Shown piece after piece: positions 7,791 through 15,206 of a stretch of 32,000 nucleotides of DNA. Position numbers and translations under genes: made by a program. Source of the stretch: Candidatus Syntropharchaeum caldarium. Its GTDB lineage: Archaea > Halobacteriota > Syntropharchaeia > Syntropharchaeales > Syntropharchaeaceae. Position 1 is the stretch's first letter. Every line of letters begins with the position of its first letter. Under the pieces are notes generated by a model. It was not told where the DNA came from. It saw only the letters and a list, made by a program, of their open reading frames with translations, and searched no databases. Location of the stretch: the NCBI GenBank assembly GCA_001766815.1, contig LYOS01000002.1, positions 294,577 to 326,576 of the forward strand, in the 5' to 3' direction.

Positions 7791-10700
7791 GTGAAGGGAT
7801 CAACCAGGATATTATTCTTTGACCTCTTAATCGTCCTGCTATTCACATTCCTGGCGTATCTCTTTGTTCTCATTCCACCGTTTAATCAGACATCACTCAG
7901 AATTATTTTTGCGCTTCCAATACTGCTCTTCCTGCCAGGTTATCTCCTGATAGCAGCGATCTTTCCGAGAAGAGAAGAGCTGAGTGGTATTGAAAGATTC
8001 ACATTGAGTATAGGACTGAGTATCGCGATCTTTGTCTTTGATGGTTTTGCTATAAGCGTCACTCAATGGCGATTCAGGCCCACATCGATCATTTATTCAC
8101 TCTCACTGATAATATTAATCCTCACATTGATTACACTACTCGTGAGGCTCAGGATTCCAGAGGACAGACGATTCTATCTTGATCTCTCGATTTTTTCAGG
8201 TTTTATTGAATCATTACGCTCAGACGAGAGGCCGAGCGATATCGAGAAAGCACTTATAATCGCACTTGCTGGTTCGATCATAATCGCAAGCGGAATGCTC
8301 GTTTATGCCAAACTCACATTTGAGGAGGAGAAGTTCACCATGTTATACATCCTTGGTGCAGGAGGGAAAGCAGAGGATTATCCATCTGTAGTCTATCTGT
8401 TGGAACCCAGTTCCATAACCGTGGGTATTGAAAACTATGAGCATGCACCGGCGAATTATACACTCCAGGTTAAATTGGGAGGATACCTGCTTAAAGAAGA
8501 AAATCTGTCGCTTTCACATGGTGAAAAATGGGTAAATAAAGTCTATTTCACGCCAAAACACGTAGGTAAACACCTGAAACTTGAATTCGTGCTGTATAAG
8601 GATGGATCGATGATCCCCTATCGCTCGGTGCATCTATGGGTCGATTCGTTGATTGACTATGGCAATCTTACAAGGGTTCGAGAATATGCCTTATCAGATC
8701 TACCAGTCGTGGATAACCCGGACATGGAAGCAGATTCAGGCTGGATTTTTACAAAGAATATCGGATACTTCAGAGGCCATTTCACCAAATTCTATCAACT
8801 GGAGGAGAATGCAACCCTCTGTGGTTACGTGACCGATAACGTTACCAGCAAAGGGATTGCATACGCCCGTGTGAGTATTAACAACCATTATGGCTATGTA
8901 AAAACCACAACAACAAACAGCAGTGGTTATTACGAGATTCCAACAATCGCAGATCATTTCTGGATTGTATCCACCGCCAATGGCTACAGAGAAAGTGCGA
9001 CTGAATTTGATATATCCCCTGGAAAGAGGCTTGTTGTTAACATGAGTAATGATCCTCAGCCGATAGCCCAATTCAATATGACACTGGAGGAATTATCCAT
9101 CATAAATGAGACGATAGACACGCTGCCGCCTGATGAAGTACCTGAATGGATATTAACGCTTGATGGATATGTCATCGATGATGTAACCAGGCTACCGATT
9201 GCAAATGCGAGTGTGAAGGTGACGATTGAAGACATCTTTGAGAAGGTGCTTGTAACCGATCGAAGCGGGCACTTTGAGCTAAAGGCAATTCCGGGATCGG
9301 CAACGATCTCTGTTGATGCAGCAGGATACAGTGAGAAGACGACCTCATTCACGATATCTGATGATTCCACAATCGATCTAAGGCTTGAACCTGCAAACAC
9401 CACACCACCTCCATCATCCATGATGATCTTACCGATTGTGAGGGCAGGAGAGGAGGGGAACAGACCAGCGAGCGGGTTACCACCATGGGTATCTATTATC
9501 AAAGGATATGCAATCGATAATGTGACCTGTTTGCCGATTCCAGATGCAAGCATAAAGATCAGAAACGATTACGGTTTTGAGAGGTACACCACGACTGATA
9601 AGAATGGATACTTTGAGCAGAAAGTGATAACAGGCAGATCATGGGTAGAGGCTGAAGCAGATGGGTACATGAAAAGCAGTACAAGGCATGATATATCTGG
9701 TGAATATATAACTGACCTGAGACTGACGCCCGAGAGTGTCACCATTCAGGGGTACATCCATGATAATACCACAGGTGCCCCAATCTCCAACGCCCACGTG
9801 CGCTTAAAATGTGATGGGTATTCCAGCTATACCAGGACGAACACAAGCGGTTATTACGAGATTAAGACGATCGCAGGACTTATAAGGCTTGAAGTTACTA
9901 AAACAGGTTATTTTACCAATGAAACAGAGATCGAGATTCCTTATGGTGAGATACAGATAGTTAATATGACAATCGAGAGGACACCGCCACCAGCAACAGT
10001 CAGTGGGTATGTGTACTACAACCATACAGCACTTGCGGGTGTGATGGTTCTCCTGACAGATCATAAAGGTTATGAAGAAACAACTGTAACAGACAGAAAC
10101 GGATACTTCGAGACCGAGATTCTTCCTGGCCACATCTATTTACAGGTATTGCCGAGTGCTTATATGACGAGTAGTGTTGAGTTTGACGTGGGGAGTGGGG
10201 AGAGTGTGATTTTAAGAGAGATTGAGCTTGATGCGCTTCCAGAGAGTAGCTACCAGATCGATTATCCATCGAAAACACCCATACAGAAGGGATACTATGG
10301 AGAGATATATCAGGATATTGTATCAGATGAGGGTCTTGCAACCATATCGTTCAAGGTCAGCGACTCCTACACTTCAAATAGGAGTGAGGGGTATCTATTC
10401 AAGCAGGTTCTTTTGAACAATCTCGTTGTCTGGGAGGATGACGTTGCAGAGGATGAAGTCTGGCAGGAGATCAACGTCCCTGTTACACTTAATAATGGAA
10501 CAAACAGACTGGCATTACGCGTCTATGCAAAGAAAGAATCAAATAACTTCCCCCTGAGTGTGTGGTGGGATAGTATCAGGATCAAACCGTTTGAGAAGGT
10601 TACAAAAGATGTGGCTACCAGTTTCACCATCCTCGATGCAGAGGGAACCAGAGAAAATTACCCCACAAAACTTTATCTTGGCAAACCTGCGGCAGTTATT

Positions 10701-12428
10701 GCAAATATAGAAAATAACGAAGGTGAAACGATCAATTACATTCTCCAGGTTAAGCTCAACGATATATTGTTGAATAGCAAGAATGTGACCCTTGAGGATG
10801 GATCTAAATGGGAAGGAAAGATAACATTCACGCCAAATCAGATCGGTTCACTTTATAAATTGGAGTTTCTCCTATTCAAAGATGAGGTGAAAGAGGAACC
10901 TTACAAGAAGTTTACACTCTGGGTTTCATCAGATATCGACTATGATAACCTGGATCTTCTCGAAGAATATGACGTCTCACCACTTCCAGCACTCGTAAAT
11001 GGAGATATGGAATCTGGAGCATCTGATGGCTGGACGTACACCGAGCACGGCGCCAACTTCACAGGAGAAATAACCGATTCAACGATGGTCTCACCGATGC
11101 ACTCTTATGAGATCGGTCATAACGAGACACATGTTGGAGAGGGTGAGTACGCTGATATAACCCAGAACTTTACATCCGAGATCTATCCAGCCACCGTGGT
11201 AATATCATTCAACGTCAGAGATTCATACACTGCAAAGGAGGATGGTTACTTCCTGAAACAGGTTCTCCTGAATGATGAGCTGATCTGGGAAGAGGATGTT
11301 GCAGGCGATGAGGGGTGGCAGTACAAGAAGATCCCTGTACAGCTCGATGCTGGTGAAAACAGGCTTACATTGCGGCTTCTTGCTGTAAAAGCGAGTGACA
11401 ATTTCCCGATCAAACTCTGGTGGGACGATGTTAAGATAGAGCCTGTAACAGCCCTCAGAGAGGAAGCCCCCCTAACTTTCTCGATACTCGATGCAGAAGG
11501 GACAGATAAGAACTACCCAACCCAGTTACACCTTGGAGAGCCTGCAAATTTCATCAGCAAAGTCGATGTCAATGAGCGAGGGCAGATCAAATATATCTTA
11601 CAGATAAAACTTGATGGCAGGGTGCTTGAAGAGAGGAGCAGATGGCTTGAAAAGGGTATGAGATGGGAAGAAAATATATCGATTGTACCGGATCAAATAG
11701 GGGATGGACAGCAGCTTGAGTTTATGCTCTTTAGAGGGGTGGTAGAAGGTACACCATACAGGTACTTCCATCTTACAGTCTCAACAGATCTAAACTATGA
11801 TAGGATAGAGCCGCTTTTAAGATACGGGATAACTCCTCTTCCAATCCTCGATGGTGGAACGATGCAGCATATCTCAGCATGGAGCTCAAATTTTAACGGT
11901 AGTTTCAGGGGCTTTCTATCATGTGAGAACGCATCCTCACCACTATCCTATTGCATTGAGCAGAACGGCGCATCCAATAAAGGAGATTTTGGTGAGATCT
12001 GGCAGAATATAAGTGCTTCATCGGATGGTGTTGCGGTTTTATCCTTCAATGTACGGGACTCATACACCACAACATCAAGCAGTGCGAAGAACCTGACCAA
12101 AGAAGTTATCCTGAACAATAAAATCATCTGGTCAGACGATATTGCTGGCAGTGATTCAGGATATACAGGATGGGTTGTAGAGGAATACACATGGTTTGAT
12201 GATGAATGGTCGATAAAGGAAGTTCCAGCCGTTAAATCTGGATGGAGACACGTTGATGTTCCTGTGTATCTCAACCATGGTGAGAACAACCTGCGACTGG
12301 GTGTATATGCACGAGATCCTGCTGATGGACTTGCTGTCAGGACGTACTGGGACGATGTTGAGATAAAGCAGATTAGCGATCTGGTTAAGACCGGTGATAA
12401 TATCAGGATGAAACGGTATGGATGGTGA
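7791..12428 (+). CDS. Giant N-terminally membrane-anchored surface protein (DUF1616-type N-terminus; 3 x [Ig-like + CBM4/9-like] units; 5 CarboxypepD_reg-like repeats)
   Basis: The ORF is continuous from 7764 (GTG). GTG 7791 is preferred because GAGG lies 7 nt upstream. Five N-terminal TM helices are followed by a large repetitive beta-rich ectodomain. I counted 29 N-X-S/T sequons by hand. There is no C-terminal anchor. Confidence 0.85.
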   Translation: MKGSTRILFFDLLIVLLFTFLAYLFVLIPPFNQTSLRIIFALPILLFLPGYLLIAAIFPRREELSGIERFTLSIGLSIAIFVFDGFAISVTQWRFRPTSIIYSLSLIILILTLITLLVRLRIPEDRRFYLDLSIFSGFIESLRSDERPSDIEKALIIALAGSIIIASGMLVYAKLTFEEEKFTMLYILGAGGKAEDYPSVVYLLEPSSITVGIENYEHAPANYTLQVKLGGYLLKEENLSLSHGEKWVNKVYFTPKHVGKHLKLEFVLYKDGSMIPYRSVHLWVDSLIDYGNLTRVREYALSDLPVVDNPDMEADSGWIFTKNIGYFRGHFTKFYQLEENATLCGYVTDNVTSKGIAYARVSINNHYGYVKTTTTNSSGYYEIPTIADHFWIVSTANGYRESATEFDISPGKRLVVNMSNDPQPIAQFNMTLEELSIINETIDTLPPDEVPEWILTLDGYVIDDVTRLPIANASVKVTIEDIFEKVLVTDRSGHFELKAIPGSATISVDAAGYSEKTTSFTISDDSTIDLRLEPANTTPPPSSMMILPIVRAGEEGNRPASGLPPWVSIIKGYAIDNVTCLPIPDASIKIRNDYGFERYTTTDKNGYFEQKVITGRSWVEAEADGYMKSSTRHDISGEYITDLRLTPESVTIQGYIHDNTTGAPISNAHVRLKCDGYSSYTRTNTSGYYEIKTIAGLIRLEVTKTGYFTNETEIEIPYGEIQIVNMTIERTPPPATVSGYVYYNHTALAGVMVLLTDHKGYEETTVTDRNGYFETEILPGHIYLQVLPSAYMTSSVEFDVGSGESVILREIELDALPESSYQIDYPSKTPIQKGYYGEIYQDIVSDEGLATISFKVSDSYTSNRSEGYLFKQVLLNNLVVWEDDVAEDEVWQEINVPVTLNNGTNRLALRVYAKKESNNFPLSVWWDSIRIKPFEKVTKDVATSFTILDAEGTRENYPTKLYLGKPAAVIANIENNEGETINYILQVKLNDILLNSKNVTLEDGSKWEGKITFTPNQIGSLYKLEFLLFKDEVKEEPYKKFTLWVSSDIDYDNLDLLEEYDVSPLPALVNGDMESGASDGWTYTEHGANFTGEITDSTMVSPMHSYEIGHNETHVGEGEYADITQNFTSEIYPATVVISFNVRDSYTAKEDGYFLKQVLLNDELIWEEDVAGDEGWQYKKIPVQLDAGENRLTLRLLAVKASDNFPIKLWWDDVKIEPVTALREEAPLTFSILDAEGTDKNYPTQLHLGEPANFISKVDVNERGQIKYILQIKLDGRVLEERSRWLEKGMRWEENISIVPDQIGDGQQLEFMLFRGVVEGTPYRYFHLTVSTDLNYDRIEPLLRYGITPLPILDGGTMQHISAWSSNFNGSFRGFLSCENASSPLSYCIEQNGASNKGDFGEIWQNISASSDGVAVLSFNVRDSYTTTSSSAKNLTKEVILNNKIIWSDDIAGSDSGYTGWVVEEYTWFDDEWSIKEVPAVKSGWRHVDVPVYLNHGENNLRLGVYARDPADGLAVRTYWDDVEIKQISDLVKTGDNIRMKRYGW
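8340..10589 (+). repeat. Ectodomain unit 1: Ig-like module A1 (8340-8648) plus CBM-like module B1, which is split (8649-8820 and 10245-10589) by a nested repeat array
   Basis: A1 (YILGAGGKAEDYP...HLWVDS) aligns with A2 and A3. The B1 halves (PDMEADSGWIFTKN... and ...GYLFKQVLLNNLVVWEDDVAEDEVWQ...SVWWDSIRIKP) align collinearly with the uninterrupted B2 and B3. Confidence 0.8.
8821..10230 (+). repeat. Five tandem ~78-aa CarboxypepD_reg-like (PEGA/carboxypeptidase regulatory-like) domains
   Basis: The repeats lie at 8821-9048, 9159-9392, 9498-9731, 9744-9977 and 9999-10230. Each begins G-Y-[VAI]-x-D/Y-N/D-x-T and contains T-[DN]-x-[NS]-G-[YH]-[YF]-E. Pro-rich linkers (TTPPPSS, RTPPPAT) separate some of them. 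Confidence 0.8.
10617..11444 (+). repeat. Ectodomain unit 2: A2 (10617-10931) + B2 (10932-11444)
   Basis: TSFTILDAEGTRENYPTKLYLG...FTLWVSS is followed by NGDMESGASDGWTY...GYFLKQVLLNDELIWEEDVAGDEGWQ...KLWWDDVKIEP. Confidence 0.8.
11472..12371 (+). repeat. Ectodomain unit 3: A3 (11472-11786) + B3 (11787-12371)
   Basis: LTFSILDAEGTDKNYPTQLHLG...FHLTVST is followed by a B-type module ending RTYWDDVEIKQ. B3 carries an extra ~25-aa insertion (SGYTGWVVEEYTWFDDEWSIKEVPAVKS) relative to B2. Confidence 0.75.
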
Positions 12429-13450
12429 AACTTGCTATGAAAAACGCTAAGAAGCTCTTATTGCTCTGGATTGTGCTTGCAATACCGATTGTTGGGCTGG
12501 GCGGCGCTATCGGATGGATTACTGGATTTTTTCTTCATGCTCTGATTGTGATGCTTGTATTCGTCCTGCTTCTTGCCACCCTCTTCTACCTATACAGCGA
12601 CAGGATACTCCTCAGGTGGTACCATGCAGAGAAGGTGGTTGATGCTACCTCACCTCTATATGAGATCGTGCATAAGCTTGCAAAAGAAGTAGAGATCCCG
12701 GTTCCAGACGTATATATCGTGGATACGGCGATGCCGAATGCATTTGTTGTGGGTAGAAACTTTCAGCATGCATCACTGGTTGTGACCACCGGTTTAATGG
12801 AACTTCTTGAAAGTGATGAGATGGAGGCTGTGCTTGCAGATATGATTGTGCACATTAAAGAAGGAGATCTACTCACTGAAACGGAAATCGGAGCATTGGC
12901 TGGAATTTTAACTGCGCTGCCGATTATTGCCTTCTGGTGCTCGATCTTCACAGGATTTGGACAGGAGGATGATCCTGCACCGAACCTGATTAAATTCTTT
13001 GTAACCTCCCTCTTTGCACCGATAGCAGCAACGATTGTCCAGTTCGGGATCGCGGGTTCACGGCAGAAATACAGTGGGAATGCACCTGAAAAAAAGATCA
13101 AAGAAAAGCTGACGTCAGAGGAATTTTATGTAAATCCATCACATGCACACCTTTTGATCGTGAGCCCACCCTATCAGGATAATCAGGTTATACTGGACCT
13201 CAACCTTCCCACATATCATTCACTCTTTCAGAGGGTGAAACGTGAGAAATTCAACCTTAGAAGGCATCTCTTCTTCAGTTCCCTCTCGTATCTTTTTGTG
13301 CTCTTTATGATAATTGTGATCTATACATTCAGCAGAAAGGACTTTGACTTTCTCCACTCTGCTGCCATCTCAGCGGTTTATCTGAGTGCAGTTCTCATCT
13401 TTTATGCGATTATGTTGAAAATATTCAGGACTAATGCCAGGACCGCTTAA
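12422..13450 (+). CDS. M48/HtpX-like membrane protein with degenerate (probably inactive) metalloprotease motifs
   Basis: It has HtpX-like topology and conserved blocks (VPDVYIVDTAMPNAFVVGRN...ASLVVTTGLMELLESDEMEAVLA). The HExxH position reads D-M-I-V-H (12839-12853), and the distal SR-E-Y-x-AD block reads SRQKYSGN. The start is ATG 12422, overlapping the upstream stop as ATGGTGA, or ATG 12437. Confidence 0.7.
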   Translation: MVKLAMKNAKKLLLLWIVLAIPIVGLGGAIGWITGFFLHALIVMLVFVLLLATLFYLYSDRILLRWYHAEKVVDATSPLYEIVHKLAKEVEIPVPDVYIVDTAMPNAFVVGRNFQHASLVVTTGLMELLESDEMEAVLADMIVHIKEGDLLTETEIGALAGILTALPIIAFWCSIFTGFGQEDDPAPNLIKFFVTSLFAPIAATIVQFGIAGSRQKYSGNAPEKKIKEKLTSEEFYVNPSHAHLLIVSPPYQDNQVILDLNLPTYHSLFQRVKREKFNLRRHLFFSSLSYLFVLFMIIVIYTFSRKDFDFLHSAAISAVYLSAVLIFYAIMLKIFRTNARTA

Positions 13451-14276
13451 CATCTGCCATCTTGTTCAATATATACAGGAGAATTGCCACAACAATCACG
13501 AATACGATCCACCCAAGATGGACATGAACCATATACATTACCTCTTTACCATAGAAGAAGGCTGCAAGACAGATTGCTGTAACACGCATGAGATTTGCGA
13601 AATATGCAACGATGACCGTTATTCCAAGCAGCGAATAGAACTTATGCCGCTCTATCTGCTCTATCTTCATATATCCCACCATTATCCCAACCAGGAGAAA
13701 CATTGAGTACAGTCCTGAACAGGGTCCTCCGATTACGACGTTCATCTCTTCCACACCAGGAATATGAACTGTCTCGGTGGCGAGCACTTCAACAGGAATC
13801 CCTATCACGTTGAGTATTTTGACCATGGGAAGCAGAACAAAATAATGGTCAAAGATGTGCATGAATGCGATATCGAGCCTGCCAAAGATGATGAATAAAG
13901 GTATAAAGAGTAGAAGGAAGGTGGTAGACATGTACGTGCCAAACGCCCCCATCCTGCTTATCTCCTCGTTCTTTATGTCATAGGCAACAAGCGAGATGCC
14001 GAGCATGAAGGTCATAATATCCAGTGTACCGAGACTGCTCTGGGTCAGGATATTGTACGCAATGTCTGCTACAAGAATCAGGACGCCCAGTAGCATGTGT
14101 AATCTGGATTCAGGAACAATATGTGATTTACCCACCTTTATCCTTGAAATAAGTGCAAGAGCAATCAAAAGGAGAAAAATTCCGAGTGGGATGGAACCCT
14201 CGCTGATCTCAACGGTTGCACCCAGAAATAGTGCAAATATGAACAGAAACAGGATGATATTTTTAAAGTTTGTCAT
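13431..14276 (-). CDS. artC: Archaeosortase (exosortase/archaeosortase family); assigned to the PEF-CTERM-specific type (ArtC) from the adjacent cargo
   Basis: 281 aa, polytopic. The family triad is in canonical order and context: Cys186 in IGGPCSGLYSM (13719-13721), Arg231 in ANLMRVTAI, and His in HVHLGWIVF. Two PEF-CTERM genes lie immediately divergent. Confidence 0.8.
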   Translation of the reverse strand: MTNFKNIILFLFIFALFLGATVEISEGSIPLGIFLLLIALALISRIKVGKSHIVPESRLHMLLGVLILVADIAYNILTQSSLGTLDIMTFMLGISLVAYDIKNEEISRMGAFGTYMSTTFLLLFIPLFIIFGRLDIAFMHIFDHYFVLLPMVKILNVIGIPVEVLATETVHIPGVEEMNVVIGGPCSGLYSMFLLVGIMVGYMKIEQIERHKFYSLLGITVIVAYFANLMRVTAICLAAFFYGKEVMYMVHVHLGWIVFVIVVAILLYILNKMADVKRSWH

Positions 14277-14533
14277 CTTTACTGGTTTAAATTTAGCTTT
14301 CAGCTCTTATAAGTTTTTGCTCGGTGAAATTTTTTTCGCAATTAAGGCTTTGCACACCTTAAACCCCTAATTAACATGGTAACTTTGATATGGTATACTT
14401 AAACTTTTGTTTTCGATATTCGAAATTAATTTTAGCATGTTTTTACAAAGTGTCGTTAAATACTCTTAAAACTCAGTAGGAAGATGGATATATCCTAAAC
14501 TTTGAAATAAAGAAAGATCCACTCCCACACGGC

Positions 14534-14541
14534 TTTTATAA
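14534..14541 (+). promoter_or_regulatory. Candidate archaeal TATA box (TTTTATAA) for the PEF-CTERM gene pair
   Basis: It lies in the 320-nt AT-rich divergent intergenic region, about 55-60 nt upstream of ATG 14597. That spacing leaves room for a short leader carrying the AGGAGGT Shine-Dalgarno sequence. Confidence 0.3.
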
Positions 14542-14596
14542 TGCACCATATCCGTGATAACATTACAAACAAAATATAATAGGAGGTCGAGAATAA

Positions 14597-15148
14597 ATGA
14601 AAATCGAAAAAACAACAATTGTGTTTGTGATAAGTATAGCATTGCTTACGGTGATGGCAGGGACAGCGATGGCAATGCCGGCTACAGTAAATATAGCAGA
14701 CAATCCGATAATCAATCCGCTGGATGGCACTACAGTGACAACTCATACGGTGACCGTATCTGATATAGATTATGGAAACCTGGGTAATCCACAGACACGA
14801 TATATAAGCGTTATTACGGATGATCCAAATCTTCAGGTGAAGATCACAGGCAATGACGTTGATACAGGCTGGACAAGTACCACCAGAGCAGGAGGCACAT
14901 ACACTGCAAGTGGAGGAAGTGATTACACCTTTACACTCTATGTAAAAGGATCTGCAAGTGCAGATGGGAGCCACGTAACAGTATCTGACAACGAAGGAAC
15001 CAGTTATGATCCCGATGCATCAGCCGATTGCGCATCAGCTACAAGACCGGTCAATATCCCAGAGTTCGCGACAATAGCACTACCACTTGCTGCAACAATC
15101 GGGCTGTTCATCTACTTTGACAGCAGACGCAAGCGTGAAGAAGAGTGA
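14597..15148 (+). CDS. Secreted PEF-CTERM sorting-signal protein 1 (small beta-rich domain of unknown function)
   Basis: An AGGAGGT Shine-Dalgarno sequence at 14581-14587 lies 9 nt upstream of the ATG. The signal peptide is MKIEKTTIVFVISIALLTVMAGTAMA. The C-terminus PEF-ATIALPLAATIGLFIYF-DSRRKREEE has the motif + TM helix + basic tail layout. Confidence 0.85.
   Translation: MKIEKTTIVFVISIALLTVMAGTAMAMPATVNIADNPIINPLDGTTVTTHTVTVSDIDYGNLGNPQTRYISVITDDPNLQVKITGNDVDTGWTSTTRAGGTYTASGGSDYTFTLYVKGSASADGSHVTVSDNEGTSYDPDASADCASATRPVNIPEFATIALPLAATIGLFIYFDSRRKREEE
15059..15145 (+). other. PEF-CTERM sorting signal of cargo 1
   Basis: It is tripartite: a P-E-F motif, a 17-residue hydrophobic helix, and an RRKR-containing tail at the extreme C-terminus. 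Confidence 0.8.
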
Positions 15149-15206
15149 TTGGGGTTTTGAGTTTCTTCAAAGCTCTGTGAATTTTTCATAAGTGTGGAGG
15201 TGAAAA

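Noticed and set aside
9056-10341. Several 109-165-aa minus-strand ORFs inside the giant surface-protein gene
   Set aside because: They are shadow ORFs on the opposite strand of a continuous 4.6-kb reading frame with repeated recognizable domains.
14495-14974. 159-aa Cys/His-rich ORF on the minus strand
   Set aside because: It is entirely antisense to PEF-CTERM gene 1, which has a Shine-Dalgarno sequence, a signal peptide and a sorting tail. The odd composition is the mirror image of a Thr/Val/Asp/Gly-rich coding strand, and it has no plausible start context.
15151-15171. Short hairpins after the PEF-CTERM genes (TTTGA-N6-TCAAA at 15156-15171; GGGTTT-N9-AAGCCC at 16023-16043) as terminators
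   Set aside because: The stems are only 5-6 bp and AT-rich or wobble-containing. Archaeal termination relies mainly on oligo-T tracts. The conservation of these flanks is better explained by the cassette duplication reported above.
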